Assembly: GCA_900545525.1 (NCBI GenBank)
Contig: UQZX01000001.1
Coordinates: forward strand, 38,218-102,217
DNA length: 64,000 nt
Direction: 5' to 3'
From: an uncultured Prevotella sp.
GTDB lineage: Bacteria > Bacteroidota > Bacteroidia > Bacteroidales > Bacteroidaceae
Below the pieces are notes generated by a model. The model had not been told where the DNA came from. It did no database searches and worked only from the letters and a program-made list of their open reading frames with translations. Both the position numbers and the translations under genes were made by a program. Below, in pieces: positions 17,937-29,379 of this stretch. Position 1 is the first letter of the stretch, and every line of letters begins with the position of its first letter.

Positions 17937-18614
17937 ATGAAAGTAGTATACGAAGACAATCATATTATTATTGTAAACAAAGATAGCGGAGAGATTGTCC
18001 AGGGAGACAAAACCGGAGATAAGCCGTTGTCTGAAACAATAAAGGAGTATATCAAGGAAAAATATGCAAAACCGGGGAATGTATTCCTTGGTGTTGTACA
18101 CCGCCTTGACAGACCCGTATGCGGGCTTGTTGTCTTCGCAAAGACATCGAAAGCACTGTCACGCCTGAACGAAATGTTCCGTAGCGGCGGTGTATCAAAG
18201 ACATATTGGGCTATAACGAAGAACTGTCCGAAAGAACCGGAAGCAACGCTTACGGGGTGGATGACACGTAACGAAAAACAGAACAAGAGCTATGTTTACA
18301 GCCGTGAAGTGCCAGGGGCAAAGAAAGCCATACTGCACTATAAGGTTATCGGATGTTCAGAAAACTATACCCTTTGCGAGATAAACCTGATGACCGGGCG
18401 TCATCATCAAATAAGGTGCCAGCTGGCAAGTATCGGATGTCCGATAAAAGGAGACCTCAAGTATGGTGCAAAGCGCAGCAATGCAGACGGAAGCATATCG
18501 CTGATGTCACATAAAGTGGAATTCATACATCCGGTCTCTAAAAACAAAATCTGTGTCGAGGCTCCTCTCCCCGACGATAATTTATGGAGGGATATTTCCA
18601 AATCCATATTGTAA
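17937..18614 (+). CDS. RluA-family RNA pseudouridine synthase
   Basis: VHRLDRP catalytic motif, TGRHHQIR, GDLKYG. Confidence 0.92.
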   Translation: MKVVYEDNHIIIVNKDSGEIVQGDKTGDKPLSETIKEYIKEKYAKPGNVFLGVVHRLDRPVCGLVVFAKTSKALSRLNEMFRSGGVSKTYWAITKNCPKEPEATLTGWMTRNEKQNKSYVYSREVPGAKKAILHYKVIGCSENYTLCEINLMTGRHHQIRCQLASIGCPIKGDLKYGAKRSNADGSISLMSHKVEFIHPVSKNKICVEAPLPDDNLWRDISKSIL

Positions 18615-18735
18615 CTTGGGCTTATTATTCAATAAAGCTTAAAACTTTTCATTTTTTCCGAAATAATTGTTTACTTTGCATACTTCTATATCGGACGACC
18701 GATAGATGAAAATAAGTTTGTACACGTAAGCCATT

Positions 18736-21700
18736 ATGAAAAAAATATTTAAGTGGATTGGCATAGTAATCCTTGTACCGATACTGCTGTTTGTAACACT
18801 TGCAATACTTATATATATTCCTCCTGTCCAAAACTGGATAGTAAAACAGGTAACATCATATGCTTCTGAAAAGACAGGAATGGAAATATCCGTGGAGCAT
18901 GTGAGCCTTGCCTTTCCTCTTGACTTGAGCATAGAGGGATTTAAAGCAATAAAGCAAAACGACTCGATACCGCAGGTAAAAGACACCGTTGCCAATGTGA
19001 GGCGTCTTATAGCCGATGTAAGGATGCTGCCGCTTTTCAGACAGCAGGTGGAAATTGATGCCCTTGAGTTTAACGGTCTGCAAATTAATACCACAGATTT
19101 CATTCATGAAGCGAGAATAAAAGGAAATGTCGGACTGTTAAGCGTGCAGAGCCACGGAATAGACATAGGAAAAGAAAAGCTGAGAATAGACGATGCAAAG
19201 CTGAAAGACGCCAATGTAACGGTGGAACTTAGCGACACCGTTCCACCCGATACCACAAAAAGCGAGAACTACTGGAAAATAGATGTGGACAAACTGTCTG
19301 TCGAGAATACCGGAGTAACAGTGCACATGCCGGGAGACACCTTGCAGATATGGGCATATATGGGAAATATTTCTGCAAGCGGTGGATTTTTCGACTTATA
19401 CGAAGGACTGTATCGGATAAAGAGGTTCGACTGGAATAACGGCGCTTTGAAATATGACAATAATTTTGAGACACGTACCCAAGGACTTGACTATAATCAC
19501 ATTTCTCTTACCGACATTAATATAGGCATAGACACATTGTTCTATCATGCTCCAAAACTGACAATGGCATTACGGTCGTGCAGTTTCAAGGAGAAAAGCG
19601 GCATAGAGGTAAGAGAACTGAGCGGCCCTATAGCCCTTGACTCTTCAAGAATAAATATTCCGGCATTGCATCTGAATACGTCTGAGTCTTCATTGTCGGC
19701 AAACGTGTCAATGGATTTCAATGCTTTTGATGATAAAAATCCGGGGAAAATAAAAGTGAGTGCCGACGGCTCATTCGGCAAACAGGACATCATGCAGTTC
19801 ATGGGCGGAATGCCGGCAGGCTTCATCCGTCAATGGCCAAACTACCCGTTGACGATAAAGACAGCCATGAACGGTAACTTGAAACATCTTGACATAGCAG
19901 GACTGAACGTAAACCTGCCTACAGCTTTCAAACTTACGGCAAAAGGATTTGCCGACAATATAACGGATACCGACAACCTGAAAGCCGACATCGATATCGA
20001 TGCAAGTACATACAATATAAACTTCCTTACGGCGTTGGCAGCCGGTGCAATGGATGATATACGCATACCTTCAGGAATTGGCATCAAAGGAAATATCAAG
20101 GCAAACGGCAACAATGGTTATTCGGCAAGCCTTACGGCAAGGGAAGGAGCCGGATTGCTAAAGGCGAAAGGCAGTTTCAATGCTAAAGCCATGCAATATG
20201 AGGCAGACATGGAAGCAAGCAACTTGCAGATACAGCATTTCATGCCTAAAAGCGGTATGCGTGATTTTACTGGCAATATATATATAAAAGGTAAGGGAAC
20301 CGACTTTACATCAACTTCGACAAAACTTGAAGCCGATGCAAAAATAGTAAAGTTTAATTTCGGACAGTATAATCTCGGCAATATCAAGGCAAATGCAAGA
20401 ATAGACAAAGGCGTGGCACATGCCGATATAGACAGCGACAACCGTATCGTAAGGGGAATAATATCATTCGATGCACTCATAAATCCCAAGAAATTGCAGG
20501 CAACGGTGTTTGCCGACCTTCACCATGCCGACCTCAAAGGTCTTGACATTGTGAAAAGACCCATGTCAGTGGCACTATGCGGACATGTCGACTTGTTGTC
20601 AGACATGAAAAAGCTTTACAGCATTCAGGGCACAGTCGGAGACCTTACAGTGAGAGACTCATTGAAAGTTTTCAGACCGGACGAAATAAAAATGAACGTA
20701 TTCACAAGTGCGGATACAACACGCGCGTATGTAGACTGTGGAGATTTTCACCTGAAAATGAACGCAGGCGGGGGATATGAGGCACTTATCAACAAGAGCA
20801 ACAAGTTTGCCGACGGACTTATGACACAATTGAAGAACAAACATATAGAGCATAAGGCACTGCGGCGGATGCTCCCTTCTGCAAAAATAAATCTCACCAC
20901 AGGTAAGGAAAATCCGTTCAGCAGGATGCTTGCCTACTTCGGACTTACATTTAAAGATGCCGTCATTGACATGACTTCGTGTCCCTATTCAGGTCTGAAC
21001 GGCAAAATGCAGATTACGGAACTGCGGACAGACAGCATGCTTTTAGACACTATAAGGTTTGCGGTGGAGTCTGACTCTGCAAGATGCAACTACAAATGCC
21101 AGATACGTAATGGAAAGAATAATCCGCAATATGTGTTCAATGCCCTGCTTGATGGATATATACACGAGAAAGCCGCAGGTCTGAATATAAAATATTATGA
21201 TGCAGAAAACCGCCTGGGAGTAAAACTTGGGGCAAAAGCCACGCTCGAAACGGACGGAATAAGGCTGCACATGCTTACGGACAACACGGTATTGGGATAT
21301 AAGACATTCGATGTTAACGAAGACAACTATATCTTCATGGGCAGGGACAGAAGGATTTCAGCGAAGCTAAATCTTATAGCAGAAGACAAAACCGGTGTAC
21401 AAATATACACAGATGATGAAAATGCCGAAGCACTGCAGGATATTACCGTGAGCCTTAATCGTTTTGATTTGGACAAGATAATGTCGGTCATACCTTATAT
21501 GCCGCATGTGACGGGAATGATGAACGGTGATTTCCACATGATACAGACAACCAGTCAGCTGTCTGTATCATCGACATTATCGGTAGACGGCATGACATAC
21601 GAGGGCTGTCCCATGGGTGACATAGCAACAGAGTTTGTATATATGCCTAAAGAGGACGGCTCGCACTATGTGGACGGAATGCTGATGAACAACGGCAAGG

Positions 21701-23358
21701 AAGTTGGAAGCATCGTCGGAACCTATTCTTCGGAAGGCAACGGTTCTCTTGATGCCAAAATGGAAATGAAGCGTTTGTCGCTTTCTCTTGCCAATGGCTT
21801 TATACCGGACCGTATAATAGGTTTCAAAGGATATGCTGACGGGTCGGTGGAAATAAAGGGAGCACTTGACAAACCGCAGGTAAACGGCGAGATATTCCTT
21901 GATTCGTCTTATCTCGTAAGTGTTCCCTATGGTGTGGAGCTGCGTTTCAGCAACGATCCGGTACGTATAGTCGGAAGCCACCTGCTGCTTGAAAACTTCG
22001 AGATGTTCTCTTACAATAATAATCCGCTTAATCTTTATGGTGACATCGATTTTACCGACCTTGGCAACATGAAGATGAATTTAAGGATGAGGGCACAGAA
22101 TTATCAGATAATAAATTCTAAGGAACAACTCAACAGCATTGCATTCGGAAAAGCCTTTGTTGATTTCTTCGGCATGATAAACGGTTCTATGGACAATCTG
22201 CGGATGCGTGGAAAATTAGACGTGCTCGGGTCCACGGACATGGCATATATCCTGCGTGACTCTCCCCTGTCAAACGACAACAGGCTTGAGGAACTTGTAA
22301 AGTTTACCAACTTCAACGACACTACACAGACAACTGTCAGCCGCCCGACATTGTCAGGACTTGATGTAGACCTGACAATAGGTATTGCAAGCGGTGCACA
22401 CATTATATGCTATATCAATGCCGACCAGTCGAATTATGTTGATCTGACCGGAGGGGGTAACCTGCGCTTGCAATATAATCCTACAGACAATATCATGCTC
22501 ACCGGAAGATATACTCTTGACAACGGAGAGATGAAATATTCCCTTCCGGTAATTCCTCTTAAAACATTTACAATCAAGGATGGCAGCTATATTGAATTTA
22601 CAGGCGACCCGATGAACCCTCGCCTTAATATAACCGCGACGGAACGTACCAAAGCCTCTGTTTCTAACGACGGAAGTCAAGGTAGGACTGTTGAATTTGA
22701 CAGCGGAGTAATAATCACCCGCACGCTGTCGGATATGGGACTTGAGTTTACAATTGACGCTCCCGAAGATATGTCACTTCACAACGAACTTGCCGCAATG
22801 AGCGTGGAACAGCGCGGTAAACTTGCTGTTACGATGCTGACTACGGGTATGTATCTTGCCGACGGCAATACAGGAAGCTTCTCTATGAACAATGCGCTAA
22901 GTTCGTTCCTCGAAGGAGAGATAAACCAAATTACGGGCAATGCACTGCGGACGCTCGATCTCAGCGTGGGAATGGACAACACGACCGATGCCGGAGGTAA
23001 CATGCACACAGACTATTCGTTCAAATTTGCAAAGCGTTTTTGGAACAACCGGCTAAAGATTGTTGTGGGCGGTAAAGTCTCCACAGGTCCGGATGTGATG
23101 AATCAGAACAATTCGTTCTTTGATAATGTGATATTTGAATACAGATTGGACAACACTGCGAACAAATATGTAAAACTGTTCTATGACAACAACGCATACG
23201 ACTGGCTCGAAGGAACCACACGAGAGTTTGGAGTGGGCTTTATATGGCGTCGCAACCTGCAACATTTCAGAGACATCATAAAGTTCAAGAAAGACAAAGA
23301 GCCGGTTCTTGTTCCAAAGGACACAACAAAAATAAAGAAAAATGAGAAGGATAAATAA
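18736..23358 (+). CDS. tamB: Translocation/assembly module TamB-like protein
   Basis: N-terminal membrane anchor, 1540-aa beta-rich body, C-terminal DUF490-like region (FTGDPMNPRLNITA); adjacent to an Omp85 gene. Confidence 0.85.
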   Translation: MKKIFKWIGIVILVPILLFVTLAILIYIPPVQNWIVKQVTSYASEKTGMEISVEHVSLAFPLDLSIEGFKAIKQNDSIPQVKDTVANVRRLIADVRMLPLFRQQVEIDALEFNGLQINTTDFIHEARIKGNVGLLSVQSHGIDIGKEKLRIDDAKLKDANVTVELSDTVPPDTTKSENYWKIDVDKLSVENTGVTVHMPGDTLQIWAYMGNISASGGFFDLYEGLYRIKRFDWNNGALKYDNNFETRTQGLDYNHISLTDINIGIDTLFYHAPKLTMALRSCSFKEKSGIEVRELSGPIALDSSRINIPALHLNTSESSLSANVSMDFNAFDDKNPGKIKVSADGSFGKQDIMQFMGGMPAGFIRQWPNYPLTIKTAMNGNLKHLDIAGLNVNLPTAFKLTAKGFADNITDTDNLKADIDIDASTYNINFLTALAAGAMDDIRIPSGIGIKGNIKANGNNGYSASLTAREGAGLLKAKGSFNAKAMQYEADMEASNLQIQHFMPKSGMRDFTGNIYIKGKGTDFTSTSTKLEADAKIVKFNFGQYNLGNIKANARIDKGVAHADIDSDNRIVRGIISFDALINPKKLQATVFADLHHADLKGLDIVKRPMSVALCGHVDLLSDMKKLYSIQGTVGDLTVRDSLKVFRPDEIKMNVFTSADTTRAYVDCGDFHLKMNAGGGYEALINKSNKFADGLMTQLKNKHIEHKALRRMLPSAKINLTTGKENPFSRMLAYFGLTFKDAVIDMTSCPYSGLNGKMQITELRTDSMLLDTIRFAVESDSARCNYKCQIRNGKNNPQYVFNALLDGYIHEKAAGLNIKYYDAENRLGVKLGAKATLETDGIRLHMLTDNTVLGYKTFDVNEDNYIFMGRDRRISAKLNLIAEDKTGVQIYTDDENAEALQDITVSLNRFDLDKIMSVIPYMPHVTGMMNGDFHMIQTTSQLSVSSTLSVDGMTYEGCPMGDIATEFVYMPKEDGSHYVDGMLMNNGKEVGSIVGTYSSEGNGSLDAKMEMKRLSLSLANGFIPDRIIGFKGYADGSVEIKGALDKPQVNGEIFLDSSYLVSVPYGVELRFSNDPVRIVGSHLLLENFEMFSYNNNPLNLYGDIDFTDLGNMKMNLRMRAQNYQIINSKEQLNSIAFGKAFVDFFGMINGSMDNLRMRGKLDVLGSTDMAYILRDSPLSNDNRLEELVKFTNFNDTTQTTVSRPTLSGLDVDLTIGIASGAHIICYINADQSNYVDLTGGGNLRLQYNPTDNIMLTGRYTLDNGEMKYSLPVIPLKTFTIKDGSYIEFTGDPMNPRLNITATERTKASVSNDGSQGRTVEFDSGVIITRTLSDMGLEFTIDAPEDMSLHNELAAMSVEQRGKLAVTMLTTGMYLADGNTGSFSMNNALSSFLEGEINQITGNALRTLDLSVGMDNTTDAGGNMHTDYSFKFAKRFWNNRLKIVVGGKVSTGPDVMNQNNSFFDNVIFEYRLDNTANKYVKLFYDNNAYDWLEGTTREFGVGFIWRRNLQHFRDIIKFKKDKEPVLVPKDTTKIKKNEKDK

Positions 23359-25690
23359 ATACAAAGACAGCTGGCGTATCAATAAAACAGGCATAAGGCA
23401 TATCCATGCTGTCGTTGCAGGCTTGGCTATGATATTGGCATCGTGTTCCACAACGAAGCACATACCTGACAACGACCAGCTCTTTATCGGCTTAAAGACC
23501 ATACAATACGACAACTACGAGAAAGGTGGACACTTCGATGAAACCAAAGAAGAAGTTGAGGCTGCACTTGCCACAGCCCCAAACGGTGCGTTGTTCGGAA
23601 GTTCTTATTACCGGACACCTTTCCCATACGGACTATGGATATGGAATGCCTTTTCCGGTTCGGACGGAAAGGTGGCAAAATGGATAACAAAAACTTTCGG
23701 GAAAGCACCGGTCCTTATGAGTCAGGTTAATCCGGAACTGCGCGCATCGGTGGCAAAATCGGTTATGCGCAATCACGGTTACTTCCATGCCAATGTGGAT
23801 TACAGTATCGTACCGCAAAAAAATCCGAAGAAAGCTAAAATAAGCTACAATGTAAAAGCAAATCAACTGTTCACGATAGACACCGTTCAATATATAAATT
23901 TTCCGGATTTGGCAGACAGCCTTATACGGGTAACTGTGCCTGAGCGGATAATTCGTCGGAATGATCCGTTCAACGTGGCATCGCTCGATGCAGAGCGCAT
24001 GCGTATAACTAACCTGTTCCGCGACAACGGATATTACTATTATCAATCGGGATATGCGTCGTATCTTGCCGATACCATTGCCGTACCGGGAAAGGTACAA
24101 CTGCGCCTGCAAATGGCAGACGGCATTCCAGAGAACGCAAAACACAAATGGTATATAGGGAAAATAAAGATAAACTTCATGAAACAGTTCATGGAAAATC
24201 TGAAAGATTCGTTCAGCCACCGCCATTTCACCGTGCGATTCAACGGCAGGCGCCCGCCGATACGTCCGCGTATCATACTGCGCGACCTGAAGTTGCGTCC
24301 ACGCCAGATGTACAGCTACAGCAAATATCTTGAGTCTGCAAATAAAATCAACGGTTCGGGACTGTTCAACATGGTGCAGTTCGGATTTACTCCACGCGAC
24401 ACAACGGCAGCATGCGACACTCTTGACCTTACCCTGACATGCGTTTTCAACAAGCCTTACGACTTCTACATAGAGACAAACTATATCAACAAGATGAGCG
24501 GTCGCACCGGACCGCAGCTTGTAATGGGTCTTACAAAGTACAATGCGTTTCGCGGAGGGGAGAAGCTCGACATCAACCTGCATGGTTCTTATGAGTGGCA
24601 GACAGGAAACGACATGGACAACGTGCCGTCCGGCATGAACTCGTATGAATATGGTGCAGATGCCTCAATAGAGTTTCCGCGCCTCATAGTGCCGTTCCTC
24701 AAACGCCGGCGTTTCTTTACTACGCCGTCTACTGTTGCCAAGGCATCGCTGAATGTGCTGAACCGCCCTGATTACTTTAAGATGCACACGGCATCGGGAG
24801 AATGGACTTACCGGTGGCAGCGCAAGGCAAACAAGATGCACGAGCTGAGTCCGCTGACACTTACATATCAGTATTTGAACTATACGACTGAGAAGTTCAA
24901 CGAGATAATGAATGACAATCCCTATCTGTATGCAACCATGCAGGACGTGCTTATCCCCAAAATACGCTATACATATAAATATACAAGTCCGCAGACATAC
25001 CGCAATCCGGTGGCATGGGAGACAACCGTGTCAGAAGCGGGAAACATCTTATCGCTGGGGTATATGGTGGCTGGACATAAGTGGAGTGAGAAAGAGAAGC
25101 TGATGTTCAAGAATGCATACGCCCAGTTCTTTAAGGTAGAGACAAGCCTAAGCAAGACATGGCAGCTCGGAAACAAGTCGCAGCTTGTTGGACATGTCGG
25201 CACGGGCGTGATATATTCATACGGCAACTCCGAAACATCGCCATACAGCGAACAGTTTTATGTGGGAGGTGCAAACAGCATACGTGCCTTTACCGTGCGA
25301 AGCATAGGTCCGGGAAGCTATAAGGCAGATAATTCAAGACTGTCATATCTTGACCAGACGGGAGACATAAAGCTTCAGATGAACTTGGAATATCGTTTCA
25401 ATATCTTCGGAAGTCTTTACGGTGCGACGTTCCTTGATGCGGGAAACGTATGGAGCATTAGGGACGACGGGTACAGAAACGGTGCGCAGTTCAAGTTAAA
25501 GAATGCACTGAAGGAAATGGCTGTGGGCACAGGTGTGGGAATACGCTACGATCTTGAGTTCCTTGTATTGAGACTTGACTGGGGACTTGGGCTGCATGTT
25601 CCGTACAAAACAGAGAAAGGCGGTTTCTACAACATACCCAATTTCCACGACGGACAGAGCCTGCACTTTGCCGTAGGCTATCCGTTCTGA
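23342..25690 (+). CDS. BamA/TamA-family (TamL-like) outer membrane protein
   Basis: Lipobox LASC, POTRA-like region, GGANSIRAF, FLDAGNVW, terminal VGYPF. Confidence 0.88.
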   Translation: MRRINKYKDSWRINKTGIRHIHAVVAGLAMILASCSTTKHIPDNDQLFIGLKTIQYDNYEKGGHFDETKEEVEAALATAPNGALFGSSYYRTPFPYGLWIWNAFSGSDGKVAKWITKTFGKAPVLMSQVNPELRASVAKSVMRNHGYFHANVDYSIVPQKNPKKAKISYNVKANQLFTIDTVQYINFPDLADSLIRVTVPERIIRRNDPFNVASLDAERMRITNLFRDNGYYYYQSGYASYLADTIAVPGKVQLRLQMADGIPENAKHKWYIGKIKINFMKQFMENLKDSFSHRHFTVRFNGRRPPIRPRIILRDLKLRPRQMYSYSKYLESANKINGSGLFNMVQFGFTPRDTTAACDTLDLTLTCVFNKPYDFYIETNYINKMSGRTGPQLVMGLTKYNAFRGGEKLDINLHGSYEWQTGNDMDNVPSGMNSYEYGADASIEFPRLIVPFLKRRRFFTTPSTVAKASLNVLNRPDYFKMHTASGEWTYRWQRKANKMHELSPLTLTYQYLNYTTEKFNEIMNDNPYLYATMQDVLIPKIRYTYKYTSPQTYRNPVAWETTVSEAGNILSLGYMVAGHKWSEKEKLMFKNAYAQFFKVETSLSKTWQLGNKSQLVGHVGTGVIYSYGNSETSPYSEQFYVGGANSIRAFTVRSIGPGSYKADNSRLSYLDQTGDIKLQMNLEYRFNIFGSLYGATFLDAGNVWSIRDDGYRNGAQFKLKNALKEMAVGTGVGIRYDLEFLVLRLDWGLGLHVPYKTEKGGFYNIPNFHDGQSLHFAVGYPF

Positions 25691-25759
25691 TAAATAATAA
25701 CCGCCGGTCAGGAACAATAATCCATACATTCGCAAATCATAACTCAAAATACAACAATA

Positions 25760-27058
25760 ATGGAAATATCAGAATTATATGAAATATTCCGCAAGTGTAC
25801 ATCGGTAACCACCGACAGTCGCAACTGTCCTGCCGGATCGATGTTTTTTGCGCTGAAGGGTGTGTCTTTCAACGGCAACGCTTTTGCAGAAAAAGCACTT
25901 AATGAAGGTTCGGCATACGCTGTGGTAGACGAAAAAGAATATGCCGCAGAAGGAGACAGCCGCATGATACTTGTTGACAACTGTCTTGAAACAATGCAGC
26001 GACTTGCCAACTATCATCGCCATAAGACAGGTACAAGAATTATAGGCATAACCGGAACAAACGGCAAGACAACGACAAAAGAACTTATAACCGCCGTACT
26101 TTCAGAGAAATATAACGTTCTCTGTACACAGGGAAACCTTAACAACCACATAGGCGTGCCGAAAACATTGCTGCGTCTTACCCCGGAACACGATATAGCC
26201 GTGATTGAAATGGGAGCAAACCACCCCGGAGAAATAGAGGCGCTTGTAAACATTGTAGAGCCTGACTATGGAATAATAACCAACGTAGGCAAGGCACATC
26301 TTGAGGGATTTGGTTCTTTCGAGGGTGTAATAAAGACCAAGGGGGAACTGTACGATTACCTGCGAAAGAAGCACGGAACCGTATTTATCGACGGCGGCAA
26401 CGAACATCTTATGAATATTTCGGACGGGCTGACAACGGTTAAATACGGCACGTACAATGATGATAGCCTTTATATACGCGGCGAAGTGATATCATGTGCA
26501 CCGCTGTTGAAATTCAGATGGAAGAAAGAAGACGGCGAATGGCACGAGACACAGACACATCTTATCGGCTCATACAACATCTGCAACATGCTGGCTGCGG
26601 CATGCGCCGGACTGTTCTTCGGAGTAACGGAACAGCAGATAAAGCATGCCTTGGAAAGCTACAAGCCCGAAAACAACCGTTCGCAGCTTGACATAACACC
26701 ATACAACAAGCTGATAGTAGATACATACAACGCCAATCCCACAAGTATGGGAGCAGCCCTTGCCAACTTCCGCGACATGGAAGTATCGCCCAAAATGGCA
26801 ATACTGGGAGATATGCGTGAGTTGGGGGCGGCAAGCAGGGAGGAACACCGTAAGGTGACGGACTTCCTTAAGACGGCTGGAATAGACAATGTATGGCTTG
26901 TGGGCGACGAGTTCGGACGGACAGAATGTGGCTTCCGCAAGTTCCGTAATGTGGAGGAAGTAAAAGAAGAAATTGCCCGTCACCGTCCTGAAGGTTTTTA
27001 CATACTTATAAAAGGAAGCAATGGCACCAAGCTGTTCCAACTGCCCGAATTGCTCTAA
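25760..27058 (+). CDS. murF: UDP-N-acetylmuramoyl-tripeptide--D-Ala-D-Ala ligase
   Basis: TDSR, ITGTNGKTTTKE, GNLNNHIGVP, EMGANH, YNANP, GDMRELG, KGS. Confidence 0.96.
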   Translation: MEISELYEIFRKCTSVTTDSRNCPAGSMFFALKGVSFNGNAFAEKALNEGSAYAVVDEKEYAAEGDSRMILVDNCLETMQRLANYHRHKTGTRIIGITGTNGKTTTKELITAVLSEKYNVLCTQGNLNNHIGVPKTLLRLTPEHDIAVIEMGANHPGEIEALVNIVEPDYGIITNVGKAHLEGFGSFEGVIKTKGELYDYLRKKHGTVFIDGGNEHLMNISDGLTTVKYGTYNDDSLYIRGEVISCAPLLKFRWKKEDGEWHETQTHLIGSYNICNMLAAACAGLFFGVTEQQIKHALESYKPENNRSQLDITPYNKLIVDTYNANPTSMGAALANFRDMEVSPKMAILGDMRELGAASREEHRKVTDFLKTAGIDNVWLVGDEFGRTECGFRKFRNVEEVKEEIARHRPEGFYILIKGSNGTKLFQLPELL

Positions 27059-27166
27059 CGAGTGTGAAAAACAAACATTTTTTACTAAATGGCATACACA
27101 TATATGTAAAAAGGCGTATCTTTGATATGCGATATAGCATGACATTAACATATAAACAATATAACT

Positions 27167-27886
27167 ATGGATGAAAAAAGACTGTATGATTTGATACAAG
27201 AGAAAGAGGGATATGCGTCACTGGCATTTCCTGCACTTATGCGCAAGGTGTACGTATGGATGACCCTCGCGCTGGTTATAACAGGATTTACGGCATACGG
27301 AGTTGCTTCAAGTCCCGGCATAATTACAGCAATACTTACAAACAAGATATTGTTCTTCGGACTTATCATAGGAGAGCTTGCACTTGTATTGAGCCTGTCG
27401 GCTGCAATAAACCGTCTGTCGCTCACTACTGCCACACTGCTCTTCGTACTCTATTCGGTACTTAACGGAGCCACGATGTCCATGATATTCCTTGCCTTTA
27501 CAATGGAGTCGATAGCAAGTGTATTCTTTATAACAGCAGGAACATTTGCCGTCATGGCGTTCATCGGATACGTAACCAAGACGGATCTCACGTCTTTGGG
27601 CAAGATACTGTTCATGGCTCTTATCGGCATAATCATTGCAACGCTCGTAAACGTATTCTTCGTAAAAAGCGGAACGATGAACCTCATCATAAGCTATATC
27701 GGTGTATTGGTATTCGTTGGTCTTACGGCTTACGACTCGCAGAAGATAAAGAACATGCTGATAATGGCAGACAGCATGGATGAGGGTGCACAGAAAATGG
27801 CTCTTTTAGGTTCGCTTACACTGTATCTTGACTTCATTAACCTGTTCCTCTACATGCTTAGAATATTCGGAAGCAGCAGAGATTGA
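27167..27886 (+). CDS. Bax inhibitor-1/YccA family membrane protein
   Basis: About 7 TM segments, KVYVWM, AYDSQKIK, LYLDFINLF. Confidence 0.93.
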   Translation: MDEKRLYDLIQEKEGYASLAFPALMRKVYVWMTLALVITGFTAYGVASSPGIITAILTNKILFFGLIIGELALVLSLSAAINRLSLTTATLLFVLYSVLNGATMSMIFLAFTMESIASVFFITAGTFAVMAFIGYVTKTDLTSLGKILFMALIGIIIATLVNVFFVKSGTMNLIISYIGVLVFVGLTAYDSQKIKNMLIMADSMDEGAQKMALLGSLTLYLDFINLFLYMLRIFGSSRD

Positions 27887-27899
27887 CAAAAGAATATAC

Positions 27900-27974
27900 A
27901 GCGACTTGGTACATATTGCTTTACACTGCTTGATTTTTATACTATGTAAATCAATCTGTACCAAGTCGCTTTTT
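27900..27974 (+). terminator. Long hairpin/terminator after the YccA gene
   Basis: 26-bp arms 27900-27925 / 27945-27970 with 2 mismatches, then TTTT. Confidence 0.7.
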
Positions 27975-28186
27975 AATTACCTTTTATATTTACCGTCAGC
28001 TCTTATGATATAGCTGCTGCTTTATTGCCGCTACATTCAGTGGATATCTTTGGATCAATAGAAGTATGAATACAATATTAGCATCGCAATAATATTTAAC
28101 GCTTTCTATGTATTTTTGAAGTGGCATTTTAAATTTGCATAAATATGAATAGGTTCTAAAAAATGGTATCCATTGCAACCGCCTCG

Positions 28187-29038
28187 TCAATCTGCACAAA
28201 TCGTATCTACAGTAACTGTATCTACAGAAACTGAGTCTTCAACAGATTCAAACATACCTTCAACACAGGCAAAGCTCCCTATACGACGTATATCCTCCTC
28301 TGACAGCCTAATCGTACTGTCGCCTTTGCAGTAGTCAAGCAGCCATAGTGCCGCACTCCTATTAAGCATTGCGCTCTCCTCTGCTTTCAACAGATATTCC
28401 GCACATTTCTTATAGTTGCCCTTGGCACGACTGTTTTTCGCAAGGTAAAGATAAGCAATTGGGTAAGATGTGGCAATGGATTCAAACTTTGCTACATCCA
28501 GTTCTCTTCTATTCTGCAAGCAATACGTGTCCTGAATTATAACAGCAAACATACTGCCGTTTTCCTCCGCTATCTTAAACATCTCAAAAGCACGCACAGA
28601 GTCTTTCTCCTCCAATGCCAACATTCCACGAAACACGTATGCCTCAGGAACGCCTGCTGCAGAACACGCCTCCTCAATAGAGTCGTGCTTTTCTTTTATA
28701 GAACTTCTGCCGTTTTTAAGCAAGTAAAACAGTCGTCGATACACATTATCTTTGGGCATATTCTGCATATAATCATCTATCTTAATTTTGCCACACTCCT
28801 CTGCTTGTGCAAGCATACAAACCATTTTACAAAAGTCTTGCTTCACACCTTTACCATCACGATAGCAGTCGGCAAGTTTCAGGAACGCATCTCCATCGCC
28901 CCAACGGGCTTTGCCAATAAGTGCTTTCACATCAGTTTCTTCACTCTTTGTCTCCAGCACAGTAACTGTACCAACTGTCTGGCTCGCTGCAAAACTTCTT
29001 GTCAACGCAAATGCCAATATCCACAAAATATGTCTCAT
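28187..29038 (-). CDS. Secreted Sel1-like repeat protein (copy B)
   Basis: Clear paralog of 11559-12416, roughly 70% aa identity by eye. Confidence 0.82.
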   Translation of the reverse strand: MRHILWILAFALTRSFAASQTVGTVTVLETKSEETDVKALIGKARWGDGDAFLKLADCYRDGKGVKQDFCKMVCMLAQAEECGKIKIDDYMQNMPKDNVYRRLFYLLKNGRSSIKEKHDSIEEACSAAGVPEAYVFRGMLALEEKDSVRAFEMFKIAEENGSMFAVIIQDTYCLQNRRELDVAKFESIATSYPIAYLYLAKNSRAKGNYKKCAEYLLKAEESAMLNRSAALWLLDYCKGDSTIRLSEEDIRRIGSFACVEGMFESVEDSVSVDTVTVDTICAD

Positions 29039-29379
29039 CTTTCTTTTTTTATTTTATAGAGTGACAAAATTAGCAAAATCTGTCAATACACACAACTTTT
29101 TATATGAATGACAGGAACGGATTAAGATATAATCTCCTATTTAATAAAAAACTAATACTATTTCTCGTCATATTCTATACTCATCTCATCATTCACATTT
29201 AAGTATTGATTTTTTAACGGTGATGTGTGTATTTATATTCAAGTAAAAAATCAACTTTGAATCTAATTCTATAATAAACGAAAGAGAGAACCATAGCATT
29301 ACTCTTAATTGAGTTTGTATGGCTCTCCATTATTTACAAGTTGCGATTTGTAGCTGTAGTATAAATGCACAGAACAATC

